DNA of 64,000 nt from Methanotrichaceae archaeon (GTDB lineage: Archaea; Halobacteriota; Methanosarcinia; Methanotrichales; Methanotrichaceae), in contig CAWDLW010000018.1 of assembly GCA_963803145.1 (NCBI GenBank), positions 97,383 to 161,382 on the forward strand, written 5' to 3'. How positions within the stretch are numbered: the first letter of the stretch is position 1; each line of letters begins with the position of its first letter. The position numbers were made by a program, and so were the translations under genes. This document shows, piece by piece, positions 1 to 11,434 of this stretch. The notes beneath the pieces are model-generated. The model saw only the letters and a list, made by a program, of their open reading frames with translations, was not told the origin of the DNA and ran no database searches.

Positions 1-1280
1 TTATCCTCCACAGTGAAACCCTTACAGTAGGCCAATGTCAGATGTGCCAGATCCCTGTGCTGAATAAGCCCGCCAGATTGGCCGTAGATGTAAGCTATAG
101 GCTTTCCGTCTATCTCATTGGACTCATCGATAGAGTTATTGTAGTTTTCAGAGGACTCGCCATCAACATACAATCCATGCCTGATATCCTTAAGCTCATT
201 GTCCTGAAGCTTATTTGCTGATGAATAAGCTATCAGAATGCCTCTTTCGCCTTTCGAAATTTGATTTCCGGCAAATACATTGTCATCCGAGTAACCTATG
301 TTCATGGCAGTATCCTTTACATCCGAGATCGAGTTCCTATCAATGGTATTATTTGAGCTTGAGTCGAGGCTGAAGGCAGTACTACTGTTGCTTACCCGGC
401 ATCCAATGACAGCATTATCCTTTGAGCTTTCGAGAGTTATTCCAGACACTACATCTTTGATGCTGTTGTTAGTTAGTTCCATGCCGGTTGTGTTCATAAG
501 GTAAATACCCCAGTTGCTACGTGCTGCTTTGTTATCCGCCAGCTTGCCAGTACTGCTATTGGTTACCCAAATGCCAAATGTCTTGCTGCTTATATCATTC
601 CCAACAACCTCTGTGCTGGTTGAATTAGTAAACCAGATACCTAAAGTGGCTCCGGTTAAAAAATTACTTAAAACACTGTTGTTATCCACTTTATCCAGGT
701 AAATGGACACAACGCCGCCATCTATCTCATTCTTTGTTATTGTATTCTCCCGGGAGCTATCTTTAAGCGCCACTCCTCCGCGGCAATCTATCATAACATT
801 ATTGCTTATCTGATTTTGATTAGAGTTTTCGAAAAGGAGCGCCGGGTCATCATTCTCGAATTTACAGTTCTTGATGGTATTACCACTCGATAAAACATTT
901 ATCCCAGATTTATTAAAGTTCTTTATAGTCAGCCCTTCTATAGAGCAGCCGTCAGAGGTGATCTTCACTCCGATATCTTTGCCATCGCCCTTTAAAACGA
1001 TATCTCCTTTCTCGCCTACAAGCGGCATGAGACTGAGGCTCTTGTTTAGAGTGAACGATTCGCTATACATACCTGGTTTGACATATATCGTATCGCCGTT
1101 GCTTGCGGCCACTACAGCCTGGCCGATTGTTTTGTAATCCGCAAAGCCGTTATCATCCACCATGTACGTTCTAGATTCTGCTGGCAAGAGACAGATAATT
1201 AGGGCTATGCAGATGAGCATAGATAATCTGAGCATGTCTGCTACTGTAGCAGACGTCCTTTTAAAGTTGATGCAAGACAT
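1..1280 (-). CDS. Secreted NosD/parallel beta-helix (CASH-like) repeat protein; 3' end runs off the window
   Basis: Hand translation of minus strand: MSCINF...MLRLSMLICIALIICLLPAESRTYMVDDNGFADYKTIGQAVVAASNGDTIYVKPGMYSE..., a signal peptide plus the typical beta-helix N-terminal motif, then Asn/Ser-rich repeats. Alternative start at 1235. Not in the ORF track (no stop inside the window). Confidence 0.8.
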   Translation of the reverse strand, partial: MSCINFKRTSATVADMLRLSMLICIALIICLLPAESRTYMVDDNGFADYKTIGQAVVAASNGDTIYVKPGMYSESFTLNKSLSLMPLVGEKGDIVLKGDGKDIGVKITSDGCSIEGLTIKNFNKSGINVLSSGNTIKNCKFENDDPALLFENSNQNQISNNVMIDCRGGVALKDSSRENTITKNEIDGGVVSIYLDKVDNNSVLSNFLTGATLGIWFTNSTSTEVVGNDISSKTFGIWVTNSSTGKLADNKAARSNWGIYLMNTTGMELTNNSIKDVVSGITLESSKDNAVIGCRVSNSSTAFSLDSSSNNTIDRNSISDVKDTAMNIGYSDDNVFAGNQISKGERGILIAYSSANKLQDNELKDIRHGLYVDGESSENYNNSIDESNEIDGKPIAYIYGQSGGLIQHRDLAHLTLAYCKGFTVED

Positions 1281-1787
1281 ACGGCATTCAACCAGTAGCA
1301 CAACCTATCGTACAGCGATCATAGCCAATCACACGACCCCTTTATTTCCAGTGGAAAAATAAACTTAAAATTTTGACTAATATGAGAAATATCTCAGACT
1401 CTTGAGCTGCAACATGTTCGATATCTTTTATAATATTATTTTATAAGTTATAATTGTAAATCGATTGCCCTGAACGCAGAGCACTTATAGAACCGAATTA
1501 GATTAATGAAAAATAATAACACGAACTCGTTACTCTATTTAGCATAGTATAGATGCCACAGAACACTCTAGGGCCGTGTACTAATTGTGATAAAAAATAG
1601 ACTATCGATGCACATAGCCAGTATTAACCAAGACTATCACCGACATCAACAGATATTATCAACACATATAGCCAATATTATCAGCCGGATAACTAATATT
1701 CATCTCACATCAGTGCCCCCCCAGCAAAGCTTTGCCGTGCAAAACCTTATTTACTCACTGGATCAACCATATTCAATGGGTGATCGC

Positions 1788-1979
1788 ATGGCAGGTATAA
1801 CGCCTCATAAGCATTGCATCGTATGCGGCAATGCCATTGGTGAAGGAAGTTTCTGCGATGAGCTCTGCGAATCCAAATACAAATCGACCCAGAGACGTCA
1901 ACAGATCATGTTTGGAGCCTTCGTAGTATTCATGCTGGCAATACTCGTCCTACCTGCACTATTAGGCTTCAAAGGATGA
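1788..1979 (+). CDS. DUF2116-like Zn-ribbon membrane protein
   Basis: MAGITPHKHCIVCG...FCDELC plus a C-terminal TM helix. The ATG at 1788 follows a GGTGAT RBS. Confidence 0.8.
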   Translation: MAGITPHKHCIVCGNAIGEGSFCDELCESKYKSTQRRQQIMFGAFVVFMLAILVLPALLGFKG

Positions 1980-2470
1980 AGGTTGACAATAATATGTACA
2001 TGAAGTCTCTTCTGGCAGCAACAGCGTTTATTGCTATAATAGCACTTACTATCTCCCCTGCGATGTGTGAAAACTACTTCTATGTAAAAGATATTAACAT
2101 GCGTTTGGATGAAGGTAATGCCATTTTTGAGATAAACTATACTTTAGAGACGTTCACTAAGTTTTATGTAATTGCACTGGGCTGTAAATACATTGAGCCT
2201 GACCTCATCTCAGTATTAGGCAATTTCCATAACGTGACAACCATCAGCGCCAACCCAGATAGCGCGAGCTTGATGGCAAGCGGAGCGGGCGAATACAACA
2301 GCGGTTACTATTTGTTTGAATCAAGGCCGCTCGGCATTAAGGTAGATAAGCTTACTGTCGTCTATCCTGAAGGGCGGCCAAAGACGTTCTATAACATGAC
2401 ATCTACGCCAAACGTATTCTGTATTGCCAAGACGCCGCCCAATCAGTCCAGCAATCAGTCTAGCTCCTGA
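1976..2470 (+). CDS. Hypothetical secreted protein
   Basis: 164-aa ORF with an N-terminal hydrophobic signal; overlaps the upstream stop (ATGA). Confidence 0.7.
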   Translation: MKVDNNMYMKSLLAATAFIAIIALTISPAMCENYFYVKDINMRLDEGNAIFEINYTLETFTKFYVIALGCKYIEPDLISVLGNFHNVTTISANPDSASLMASGAGEYNSGYYLFESRPLGIKVDKLTVVYPEGRPKTFYNMTSTPNVFCIAKTPPNQSSNQSSS

Positions 2471-2492
2471 AATCAAATCATTTATATATCTA

Positions 2493-3206
2493 TCATTTAG
2501 CCCGTGTCATATTTTCAAGTTCGGATATCCTTCTTTCCAGGGTATCCACTTTCTCAGATAGAATCGAGACCTCTTGCTGTAGAGAGCTAACATCGCTCAT
2601 GCCAGTCGGCGCATTATTGTATATGCCGGCACCGACAACCGCTACTGCCATATTCATCCTTGTAGCAATCTCGACCTTTTTTTGCGAGATCTTGGTCCAA
2701 TTATATACCGTCCTAGTATCGCCATATACTGCCCTGGTATTATTGAGGTAATCCCCGGCCATCAGGGCACTTCTCAGAGATGAGTTTGCGCTAAGGCTCG
2801 CATCTTCCTTTAGAACCTCAACCCTGGCTTTATCATTCTCGACCTGATCTGCAAATGCAGATGTCTTGTCCAGGAGAACTGCAGTCTCGTTGTAGATGTC
2901 ACTGGACTGATCCCTCAGTGATTGCGACTGGTCTCTGAGCCTTTGGGACTGCGTTACCATGGCTCCAGGGTCCAGCTCCATGGGCTGAGGAACAAGAGGA
3001 GAAGCAAACCCTTTCATTCCAAAAGTTGGAGTTACAGAAGATTGCCTTGATCCCATGTCCAGGTTGATTGCTTTATCTACCCTCCCCTGGCCAAGCGCAA
3101 TAGGCTCTAGCCCAGCCGAGGTTGAGATTATCACTGAAGTGACTAGTAACAGCATAATAATACTATTAATGGTTGAACCTCCTCGAGATCTGATTTGACC
3201 TTTCAC
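2493..3206 (-). CDS. Hypothetical secreted/coiled-coil protein
   Basis: 237-aa ORF with a signal-like N-terminus and a heptad-like C-terminus. Confidence 0.65.
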   Translation of the reverse strand: MKGQIRSRGGSTINSIIMLLLVTSVIISTSAGLEPIALGQGRVDKAINLDMGSRQSSVTPTFGMKGFASPLVPQPMELDPGAMVTQSQRLRDQSQSLRDQSSDIYNETAVLLDKTSAFADQVENDKARVEVLKEDASLSANSSLRSALMAGDYLNNTRAVYGDTRTVYNWTKISQKKVEIATRMNMAVAVVGAGIYNNAPTGMSDVSSLQQEVSILSEKVDTLERRISELENMTRAK

Positions 3207-3553
3207 GCATATAAAATTTTCTGAAAAAATAATAGGTATTTCTTTAGGTTCTTATAGATTATTTTTATTATGATATATATGACGGCATATTGCCTCAGGA
3301 GTATTAGCATAAGCGATGGATTATGAGGTTTCTGTATACTGCTTGGGCCGTGGTGCTCCAGCATTTGTACGGCTTCATCGGAACTGAATCCTTTCATCCC
3401 TAAGCTGTGACGCTTCAATGCCTCATAGCGATTTAAGAAGTCTAAATAAATGAAGAGATTTAATTCATTAGATGAAAGACTTATATCTAAGTTGATAAGT
3501 ATGTTGTTGTAATGTGTGAAAGCTTGCATCCAAGACCTAACTTAGTTAATCCT

Positions 3554-3658
3554 ATGGAAGATCGTAATTGTTCTGATGAGGACCTAACGGCAGATCAGAT
3601 TATAGAAGGTCTTACCAAGTTAACTGCAGAGTGTTTGGCAGATAAACCCGATTATTAG
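3554..3658 (+). CDS. Putative small acidic antitoxin (34 aa) or antitoxin remnant
   Basis: MEDRNCSDEDLTADQIIEGLTKLTAECLADKPDY* ends 11 bp before the MazF-like gene. Confidence 0.4.
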   Translation: MEDRNCSDEDLTADQIIEGLTKLTAECLADKPDY

Positions 3659-3669
3659 ATAGTGATCAT

Positions 3670-4023
3670 ATGTGTATGTGGGAGGATCTGAAGAAAGGAG
3701 ACATAGTAAATATACCTCTTTCTCATTCAGATCTCGTCGAAGGGAAACGCAGACCTGCTTTAGTTCTATATCATGATTTGAATGATAGACAACTTACGGT
3801 TGCATATATTACCTCTCAAACAGATAATATGCAACCTACTGACATACTAATCCCAATTGGTTCACCTATGTGTGATGCAGCCGGATTGCCTAAGACATCA
3901 GTGGTAAAAGTGCATTGGCTGGCGATTGCCAAAAGGATACATGTTAACTTCAAGTACGGGGAGGCAAACGATGAACTCCGTAGACGAGTAAATAAGAATC
4001 TGCCCGAATGCCTAGCGATATAA
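3670..4023 (+). CDS. PemK/MazF family toxin
   Basis: KKGDIVNIPLSHSD...KRRPALVL...AYITSQ...GLPKTSVVK matches PemK/MazF motifs. Confidence 0.85.
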   Translation: MCMWEDLKKGDIVNIPLSHSDLVEGKRRPALVLYHDLNDRQLTVAYITSQTDNMQPTDILIPIGSPMCDAAGLPKTSVVKVHWLAIAKRIHVNFKYGEANDELRRRVNKNLPECLAI

Positions 4024-4069
4024 TTCTGGCATCGATATAAAACTTTTATTAGCGTTTGTGTATAATACG

Positions 4070-4250
4070 CTGCCAAAGGGTCAAGGTAGATGATACGCTT
4101 ATCTTGCCAATGAATCAGATTTATTATAACTTCATTAGAGGGCATCAAGCTCTTAATGGGAAGACACCGGCAGAAATGGCAGGGATCGGGGTGGAAGGGG
4201 AGAATAAGTGGATGGGATTGCTTGAGAAGAGCATAAGAAAAGGAATTTAA
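4070..4250 (+). pseudogene. C-terminal fragment of an archaeal DDE (IS6-like) transposase
   Basis: YYNFIRGHQALNGKTPAEMAGI...NKWMGLL is a typical transposase C-terminus; the rest of the gene is absent. Confidence 0.7.
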
Positions 4251-5170
4251 CTCTGATCTTCTTCCCACATTAGTTCATTATATCGTTTTTTAACAAGAAC
4301 ATCTATCTGATTGATTACATCAATCAACCTTCTCTGGTGATCCCAATGTGCAGTTTTTTCCATATCCTCCGGCTTTGTATGCTCTTCTCTGATCTCGCAA
4401 TATCGACTTAGCAATTTTCGCAATTCCGGTTGTGCTAAATTGCCATATTGTTTTATTTCGCCTAATGCTAAATGCGCCCCTTTGATTGGATTGTCATGGT
4501 TTGAATCTAAAGACAGATATAAGGGCTTGATAAGTTTCTCCAACTCATCGCTTTGGGGTGCTCTATCGATACCCCCTAGAGAACTTTTTAACTGCGCTCC
4601 TGGTTTTTCTGATCCATTAGTCTCATTATATTCTTTTAGCTTCTGAACGGCTTTATCATATCCCATTTTTCTATGTTCGAAGACAACCACACCATAATCA
4701 GTTACTGATCCTCTTTTACCTGTCTTTTTTTGCATTTCCCATTTTTCAATCTCTGGCGCAAGGTGATATTTTAGACCTTCGCATATTTCTGCCCATTCCG
4801 CAATTTCTTTTCTTGATTTTTCCAATTTGAGTTCAAGTTCCTTTACCTTTGAATCATCTTCATCAACATGGCTCATATTCTCGATTTTAGTAGATTCATT
4901 CTCAGTCGCTTTAGTGTATTTCCGTAAAACTAAGGAATTCCAAATAGAATAAGTTATAAATAAAATTATTAGTAAGAAACTCATCACATCTCTTGAAATA
5001 ATGCCTAAAATCGATCCGATATAGCTACCGGCGCTAAGCAAGACGGCGAGGAGCATGCTAATCCACCACGACTCCTCTTTTAGTTTGGCCCGTAGCTCCA
5101 TGATTTGCATGTTTAACGCTGAAAGATATAAGCCTTCTTTCGGAGAGCAATCTATTAAATTTTCTTCCAA
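4247..5170 (-). CDS. Hypothetical 2-TM membrane protein with coiled coil
   Basis: 307-aa ORF, two hydrophobic helices near the N-terminus, AT-rich. Confidence 0.6.
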   Translation of the reverse strand: MEENLIDCSPKEGLYLSALNMQIMELRAKLKEESWWISMLLAVLLSAGSYIGSILGIISRDVMSFLLIILFITYSIWNSLVLRKYTKATENESTKIENMSHVDEDDSKVKELELKLEKSRKEIAEWAEICEGLKYHLAPEIEKWEMQKKTGKRGSVTDYGVVVFEHRKMGYDKAVQKLKEYNETNGSEKPGAQLKSSLGGIDRAPQSDELEKLIKPLYLSLDSNHDNPIKGAHLALGEIKQYGNLAQPELRKLLSRYCEIREEHTKPEDMEKTAHWDHQRRLIDVINQIDVLVKKRYNELMWEEDQS

Positions 5171-5332
5171 TGTCTCTTATCACCCAGTAACACGTATTTA
5201 GGAAGTTATTTGGTGCTAACACCATAGTTGCACCACCATAAACAAACACCAGAGAAAACGACAGTACCTATAAGGAAAAATCTTTTATAGACGAGCAAAT
5301 ACTGTGATCCTGAGATAAGTGGAGGATACCAT

Positions 5333-7018
5333 ATGGCAGGTCAAACGGCAGGATTAGGCGGTATGCCTGTAATCATTTTAAGAGATACCCGCAGAGAGAC
5401 GGGAAAAGATGCTATTTCAAACAACATCATTGCTGCCCGAGCGGTCGCAAATGCAGTTCGAAGCACACTCGGCCCCAAGGGCATGGATAAGCTGCTTGTA
5501 GACTCTATGGGAGATGTGACTGTAACCAATGACGGTGTCACAATCCTGAAGGAGATGGATGTGCAGCATCCTGCTGCCAAGATGATCATCGAAGCCTCCA
5601 AAACACAGGACAAAGAGGTTGGCGATGGAACAACGACCGTCGCCATACTCGCCGGCGAGCTTCTGAAGAAGGCTGAGGACCTGCTCGGCTCTAACGTTCA
5701 TCCCACAGTCATAGTCGAGGGCTACAGATTGGCCGCGGAGAAGGCCCTCAAGATCCTCGATAGCATTGCTATAGATGTATCCGTTAATAACAAGGAAATT
5801 CTTACTCTGATAGCTGAGACGGCGATAACCGGAAAGATGGCAACTCCCCAGGACAGCAAGATCGACAATTTCGCAGTTGACCTCGTCCTCTCGTCAATCG
5901 ATACATATGACGGCAAGAAGAAGGTTGACCTGGACAGGGTCAATGTTGAGAAGAAGGTCGGCGAGAGCATAGGAGACTCTGAGCTTATTGAGGGTGTGGT
6001 TGTCGATAAGCCGATACTTCACAGCAATATGCCCAGGAGGATTGAGAATGCCAAGATTGCTCTCCTCAGCACCGCAATCGAATCAAAGGATACTGAGACA
6101 AAGACGGAGTACCAGATAACCAACTCGGCCCAATTCCAGGCTTTTATGGAGCACGAAAAGGATGCAGTAAAAGCTGTAGCCGATAAAGTCATCGCCAGTG
6201 GCGCAAACGTGGTCTTCTGCCAGAAAGGCATTGATGACATGGCCCAGCATTACCTGGCGAACGCAGGCATCCTGGCCTTACGCCGTGTAATCAAGAGCGA
6301 TATGGATAAGCTCTCAAGGGCTACAGGCGGAAACATAATCACCAGCCTTGAGGAGCTGACTCCCAACGACCTCGGAACTGCAGCAGTTGTCGAGGAAAGG
6401 AGAGTCGGCACCGGAGTCATGACATTTGTCACAGGGACAAAGAACCCTTCATTCACTCTGCTTCTAAGGGCCGGAACTAAGCAGGTTCTTGATGATCTCG
6501 AGAGGTCTCTGGATGATGCCCTCCATGCCGTGGCAGACGTCGTAGAGGACGGAAAGGTGCTGGCAGGCGGCGGCTCTGCTGAAGTAGAGCTCGCACTAAG
6601 GCTGAGGGAGTATGCATCGACCCTCAAAGGGCGCGAGCAACTGGCGGTCATAAAGTTTGCCGAGGCCATGGAGATCATACCCAAGACCCTGGCAGAGAAT
6701 GCTGGATTCAATCCTATCGATAAGCTTGTGGAGCTGAAGAACAGGCACGAGACGGATAAAAATGCCGGCCTAAATGCATATACAGGCCAGATCGCTGACA
6801 TGTACAAGCTCGGAGTAGTCGAGCCATTAAGGGTCAAGATACAGGCAATCCGGTCTGCAACCGATGCTGCAAGCCTGATACTGAGGATCGATGACGTCCT
6901 TGCCTCCACAAAGAAGAAGGAAGAGGGTGCCCCTGGCGGAATGCCACCCGGGATGGGAGGCATGCCGGGAATGGGCATGGGCGGAATGGGCGGAATGGGA
7001 ATGCCCGGGATGATGTAA
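5333..7018 (+). CDS. ths: Thermosome (group II chaperonin) subunit
   Basis: [17 protein letters not shown] and GDGTTT motifs; GGM-repeat tail. Confidence 0.97.
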   Translation: MAGQTAGLGGMPVIILRDTRRETGKDAISNNIIAARAVANAVRSTLGPKGMDKLLVDSMGDVTVTNDGVTILKEMDVQHPAAKMIIEASKTQDKEVGDGTTTVAILAGELLKKAEDLLGSNVHPTVIVEGYRLAAEKALKILDSIAIDVSVNNKEILTLIAETAITGKMATPQDSKIDNFAVDLVLSSIDTYDGKKKVDLDRVNVEKKVGESIGDSELIEGVVVDKPILHSNMPRRIENAKIALLSTAIESKDTETKTEYQITNSAQFQAFMEHEKDAVKAVADKVIASGANVVFCQKGIDDMAQHYLANAGILALRRVIKSDMDKLSRATGGNIITSLEELTPNDLGTAAVVEERRVGTGVMTFVTGTKNPSFTLLLRAGTKQVLDDLERSLDDALHAVADVVEDGKVLAGGGSAEVELALRLREYASTLKGREQLAVIKFAEAMEIIPKTLAENAGFNPIDKLVELKNRHETDKNAGLNAYTGQIADMYKLGVVEPLRVKIQAIRSATDAASLILRIDDVLASTKKKEEGAPGGMPPGMGGMPGMGMGGMGGMGMPGMM

Positions 7019-7194
7019 CTTCAATCTCAATACCACTGTATTAAACTTAGCAAAGTAACGGCGACGCATTCAGCCTAAGACGATAGGTTGTTTTGCGCCG
7101 TTTTCAAATCTTATTTTCTCATCCTCATCATCCTCTATGAGATCGTTATTTTCCAATCAACCCAATGAGGACACTTACTCTATTAGCTTCTCTA

Positions 7195-8310
7195 TTAGCC
7201 CTTCAATAGATCATTCCCTTGGCCCAGGCCTATAGTACCATATCCTATATGCCAGTGACGTTTATTATCCGAAGCAGAAATGTAGATCCTGGATCCCACC
7301 ATGCAAGACCTATATACATCTCGCTCTGTCCATCCCTGTTCAGGAGATAGAATTAGAGTAGTCTTTATGGTGGAGTTCAAATCAGGCGCATATCCCAGGT
7401 AAAGCTTTGTATGGGCGTTTTTATCCCCCGGTTGATATGCAGGAACCAAGAACAAATAGCCCTTATTAACTTGTAAAACGCTTACATGCCAAGGAACCAT
7501 ATCCTGCATATCTATATGTACAATCTCAGGATCTGTCCAGGCGAGCCCCTCCTTTGAAGTGGCGTAGCAAAGCTGTAGTGATGTGAGATTGCAATACCAA
7601 GCGATCCAGTTATCTGCACTTTTACGTATTATTGCTGGAGATATAGGATAAAAGTTGGTGCAAGTCTCCTCAGCGCCTACAGACATATCCGGGTACACTA
7701 CCCTGCGGTGACATATGGTGGCGTGTGCTCTTACCCGCCCCTTTGTGAAACTGTCCCTCATCACATCTATATAGTATACCAGCATATTTTTTCCATCGTA
7801 TACTAATTCTGTATCGGCATTATGTCCATGTGGAGGAGCTGGATCAATAGGGTTTGTTAGCCCCGCAGGCACTACCCAATGAATACCATCATTTGATGCC
7901 ACAAGAGATGGGTTCTCGTGGTTAGAATTTCCATCTGGATAAGGCGTGAAGGCCATCCACCACTCATAACCTGCCCATCCTCCATGAATATATCTGACTG
8001 AGGGGTGAACACATTGACCCTCGTCATCATATGTAGGTATTTCTAATTCCCTAACATCTGAAACACCTACATTCAGCAGAGAGGCATTCGAAATATTATC
8101 AATGATAGGGAGAAAATTGTTCCTGGCGGCTATCGTATCGATAATATTATCGGCTGAAATCTCAGGGAACAAAGAAAAAATATGATTAGATCGGTTCATG
8201 TCATCTTGGGATAATGCCCCAGGCCTAGCAATGATCATTCCTGAGAGAGATTCAGCACAGGATATCGAAACTAGGATAATCCCCAGGATGATGAACGCCA
8301 GCAGCTTCAT
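7195..8310 (-). CDS. Secreted beta-propeller glycoside-hydrolase-like protein
   Basis: Signal peptide; HPSV...WWMAFTPYP...ENPSLVASNDGIHW motifs resemble five-bladed propeller GH-like proteins. Confidence 0.6.
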   Translation of the reverse strand: MKLLAFIILGIILVSISCAESLSGMIIARPGALSQDDMNRSNHIFSLFPEISADNIIDTIAARNNFLPIIDNISNASLLNVGVSDVRELEIPTYDDEGQCVHPSVRYIHGGWAGYEWWMAFTPYPDGNSNHENPSLVASNDGIHWVVPAGLTNPIDPAPPHGHNADTELVYDGKNMLVYYIDVMRDSFTKGRVRAHATICHRRVVYPDMSVGAEETCTNFYPISPAIIRKSADNWIAWYCNLTSLQLCYATSKEGLAWTDPEIVHIDMQDMVPWHVSVLQVNKGYLFLVPAYQPGDKNAHTKLYLGYAPDLNSTIKTTLILSPEQGWTERDVYRSCMVGSRIYISASDNKRHWHIGYGTIGLGQGNDLLKG

Positions 8311-8533
8311 ATATCGCTAAACCACGAGTTCCTAAATAGACGAAGCCCGTATATATAAACTATGGCATAGAAACGCTAGTCCTGGCTGGCAGCGCTATCA
8401 GTCTTTGTTGTGCTGTCCGTATATTTAGACCAATTCGCTGCGATAGCAAACGAGAAACAGCCAATATATACCTTGCCGGTTAGACCCTGAAAAAGGTTAT
8501 GGGGTCATAATTTCGTGGACTGCCTAGACCATC

Positions 8534-9175
8534 CTAGTACATCCCCGTGCCGCCATACTCAGTCCCACCGCCGCTATTATAGTTATAATATGAAGACGTG
8601 TCAGTGTTGGGATTACCATATACATCACTAACATCACTGCCGTCGGGACCGTACGGCGTGCCGAGCCATGAAGCATCCGGTGTATAACCGGATGGGTTCG
8701 ATATCCATGGAGGCACATTATTGGCAGAAACGCCATTGTCGGACCCCCAAGCAGATCCTGAATTAACATAGACTGGACCGCCGGTTTTCGGATCCATATA
8801 GAAGTAATCCGGACTTCCTGTGTAGGGATCTACGAAGGCAAATACTGGATATCCCGTTTTATTATCCACATAAGCCTGTCCTAACCAGCCATAGGATAAG
8901 TTTAGAGATTGCCAGTAATAATATGGATTGTTCATCAGTTGTCCATTTATAACCGATCTTCCCTTGGGAGCGCCGCCCCAGCTCCAGAGACCATTGCTTT
9001 TGCTAACGTTCTCAGCAGGCGCTGGGTTCTGGGCCTGGAAGTTATTCAACCAGGTTCTCCCGAAATCCCCGCCTACGCTCTGGAAACTGCCTCCAGACTG
9101 TGCATTGCAGACAACCAGCAGAGCGCTCATTACCAATAATATCATTATTATGAGACTTATGAGACTGCTTTTCAC
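8534..9175 (-). CDS. Hypothetical secreted Gly/Tyr/Asn-rich protein
   Basis: 213 aa, signal peptide, repeated DPxTG motifs. Confidence 0.75.
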   Translation of the reverse strand: MKSSLISLIIMILLVMSALLVVCNAQSGGSFQSVGGDFGRTWLNNFQAQNPAPAENVSKSNGLWSWGGAPKGRSVINGQLMNNPYYYWQSLNLSYGWLGQAYVDNKTGYPVFAFVDPYTGSPDYFYMDPKTGGPVYVNSGSAWGSDNGVSANNVPPWISNPSGYTPDASWLGTPYGPDGSDVSDVYGNPNTDTSSYYNYNSGGGTEYGGTGMY

Positions 9176-9509
9176 CGAAACCCCACCATCAGGCGATATG
9201 ATCTGGATCGATAAAAGCGTTTCGCGTCAGAGGTTCGGTATCCGTGGGATGCTAGTTTCTGAACGCTCCCCCTTGATCTTCAACGCCGTCATGATGCTGC
9301 CTCATAATACAATAGTAGCATATGCTATTCATCCTAAAGGAAAGGTTATGTCATCCCAGAAACGCTAGAGTGATTTGTGACGCCAGTAGGGTTATTTAAC
9401 TCTGACAACCCGCTGATATAATAAGACGCATAAAGAGAATAAAAACTGGAAAATATGAGTTGTCTAGATGGCGAAACCATAAAAGTAATAGGATTTTTTA
9501 TGATATCTT

Positions 9510-10175
9510 TCAGAGCCATCCCAATTTCAACCAGTGCTCATACTCATGAGGCCACTCCTCTTTATTTGCCGTCACTAGATTCTTGAAGCGCTCCCGGATC
9601 TCTTTATGTAATGCTTCCTGGTCTTTGTACACTTTCTTGCTGGCTATTGCATCTACGAGAGCCGCGCCCAGCTCTTTCGCCTTCTTTTCAGCATCCTGCA
9701 TGGCCTGCGGTCCCTCTGCCATAGAGGCTCCTACGCTTCCTACCGCATTTGCACCCAAAGTAATGAGAACACCGTTAAGGTAGCTTGTGACTTCATCAGT
9801 GGCTTTGCCTCCGGCTGTTGCTACAGTGCAACAGTACTTTCCCGTAAAGCGCTGGCAGTGTATGGCATCGGCCATGCGATCGAGGAGCGCCTTCATCTGT
9901 GCAGTGACGCCCCTGATGTAGTTGGGGGAGCCCCAGACAAGCCCGTCGCTGGCAAGCATCTTTTCAAAGAGGCTCTTAAAGTCGTCCTCGAATGTGCACT
10001 CGCCTTCCTTGTAGCAGACGTGACAGCCATTGCAGTACTTTATATCGAGCTTACACACATCGATCAGCTCAACATCCGCACCATTCTCCTTGGCGCCTTC
10101 AAGAACAGCCTTAACTAACTTCAGAGTATTGCTTCTTGAGCCCCGAGGGCTTGCATTTATTCCTAAAACTTTCAT
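9510..10175 (-). CDS. Iron-sulfur flavoprotein / NADPH-dependent FMN reductase family
   Basis: MKVLGINASPR..SNT N-terminus, CxxCxxCx5C motif and GSPNY..VTAQMK. Confidence 0.9.
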   Translation of the reverse strand: MKVLGINASPRGSRSNTLKLVKAVLEGAKENGADVELIDVCKLDIKYCNGCHVCYKEGECTFEDDFKSLFEKMLASDGLVWGSPNYIRGVTAQMKALLDRMADAIHCQRFTGKYCCTVATAGGKATDEVTSYLNGVLITLGANAVGSVGASMAEGPQAMQDAEKKAKELGAALVDAIASKKVYKDQEALHKEIRERFKNLVTANKEEWPHEYEHWLKLGWL

Positions 10176-10260
10176 TTCTGTTCATCTCGATGCAGTCTTT
10201 ATGAACCTAATATAGGTAAAGGGTAAATTTATGTGTTTCTTTTCGCTTACTATCAAATTA

Positions 10261-11341
10261 TAGTCCAAAACCAAACATTTATTACCTACATCAACAATAG
10301 AACTCTTGTGTCCCATCCAGAACAAATTCATATTAAAAAGCATATGATCGTCGAAGAGCTTGATAGAAGGATAAAGACTTTAGAGATTAGTACAAGAGTG
10401 CTAAAACGTTTATACTTCATTAAACATAGATACAACGGAAAAAGCGTAGAAGAAGCATGCGATTTAGTCGGAGCAAAAAAGCCTGTTGGATATATTTGGC
10501 AAGATCGTTGGAATAATGAAGGATATAACGGACTGATTCCACGATTTGCTGGTGGTAGGCCATCAAAACTCTCAAAAGATCAAAAGGATAGACTACTTGA
10601 GCTTCTTGAACAAAAAGACAATTGGGCTTCTGAAGAGGTTAGAGATCTCATCTATAGAGAGTTTAATGTAGAATATACTTTGAAGCAAATAAGAATTATT
10701 TTAAAGAAATATGGAATGAAATGCGCTAAGCCTTATCCTCATGACTACCGCAGGCCAGAAAATGCAGAAGAAATTTTAAAAAAAGATTACCTGCTATAGA
10801 GGAAAATATAATAATTGGTTTCATAGATGAGGCATCTCCTCAGACGACTTCTAACACGCAAAAGTTATGGTCGTTCTATAAGCCAGAAATAGCTAAAAAT
10901 ACCAGTAAATATAAAGCAAATGCTTTTGGTTTTTATCCTCTTAATGGATCACCTGTAATAGAATTCAAAGAGGAATCAAAAACTTGGGATTTTTGCGACT
11001 TTCTCAGAGATATAAGAATTGCAAACCCTGAAAAGACAATAATCGGACTTGCTGATAACTCTAGGCCACATAAAACACAAGATACATTAGTGTTCGCTGA
11101 AGAATGCGATATCAAATTGGTATTTTTGCCGCCATATTCTCCTGATTTGAATCCTATTGAGTTTATCTGGAAAAGCATTAAGCGAATTATTTCCCGCAAT
11201 TTTATCAAAGATGCTAATCATTTGAAGGAGATAATAGAAAGTGCTTTCCTTAAATACGCTGCAAAGCTGAGCTTTGCACGAGGATGGATCGAGCGCTTTC
11301 TTAGTTCTGAAGATAAGTCTAAAGTGTTTGGTTCTTAACTA
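10261..11341 (+). mobile_element. IS630-family insertion sequence with TA duplication
   Basis: Imperfect TIRs: TAGTCCAAAACCAAACA at left, reverse complement TAGTTAAGAACCAAACA at right. TA flanks both ends (10259-60 and 11342-43). Confidence 0.88.
10308..11338 (+). CDS. IS630 transposase in two frames joined by a predicted -1 frameshift
   Basis: The HTH ORF ends just after the A7G run at 10778-10785. The -1 frame continues GFIDEASPQ...DNSRPH...LPPYSPDLNPIE (DDE triad). Confidence 0.85.
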
Positions 11342-11434
11342 TAGTCCATCATTCCTCGGACTACTTTCGCCCTATTCTTAGTAATCCCTTGGTCCTGTAA
11401 GCGCGAAGCCAATATATCTCACTATGCTCGGCGT

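Noticed and set aside
298-1362. Short + strand ORFs at the window start, and the many antisense ORFs over thermosome, NRPS, trpB2 and cas genes
   Set aside because: They are shadow frames of well-supported genes on the opposite strand or in another frame.
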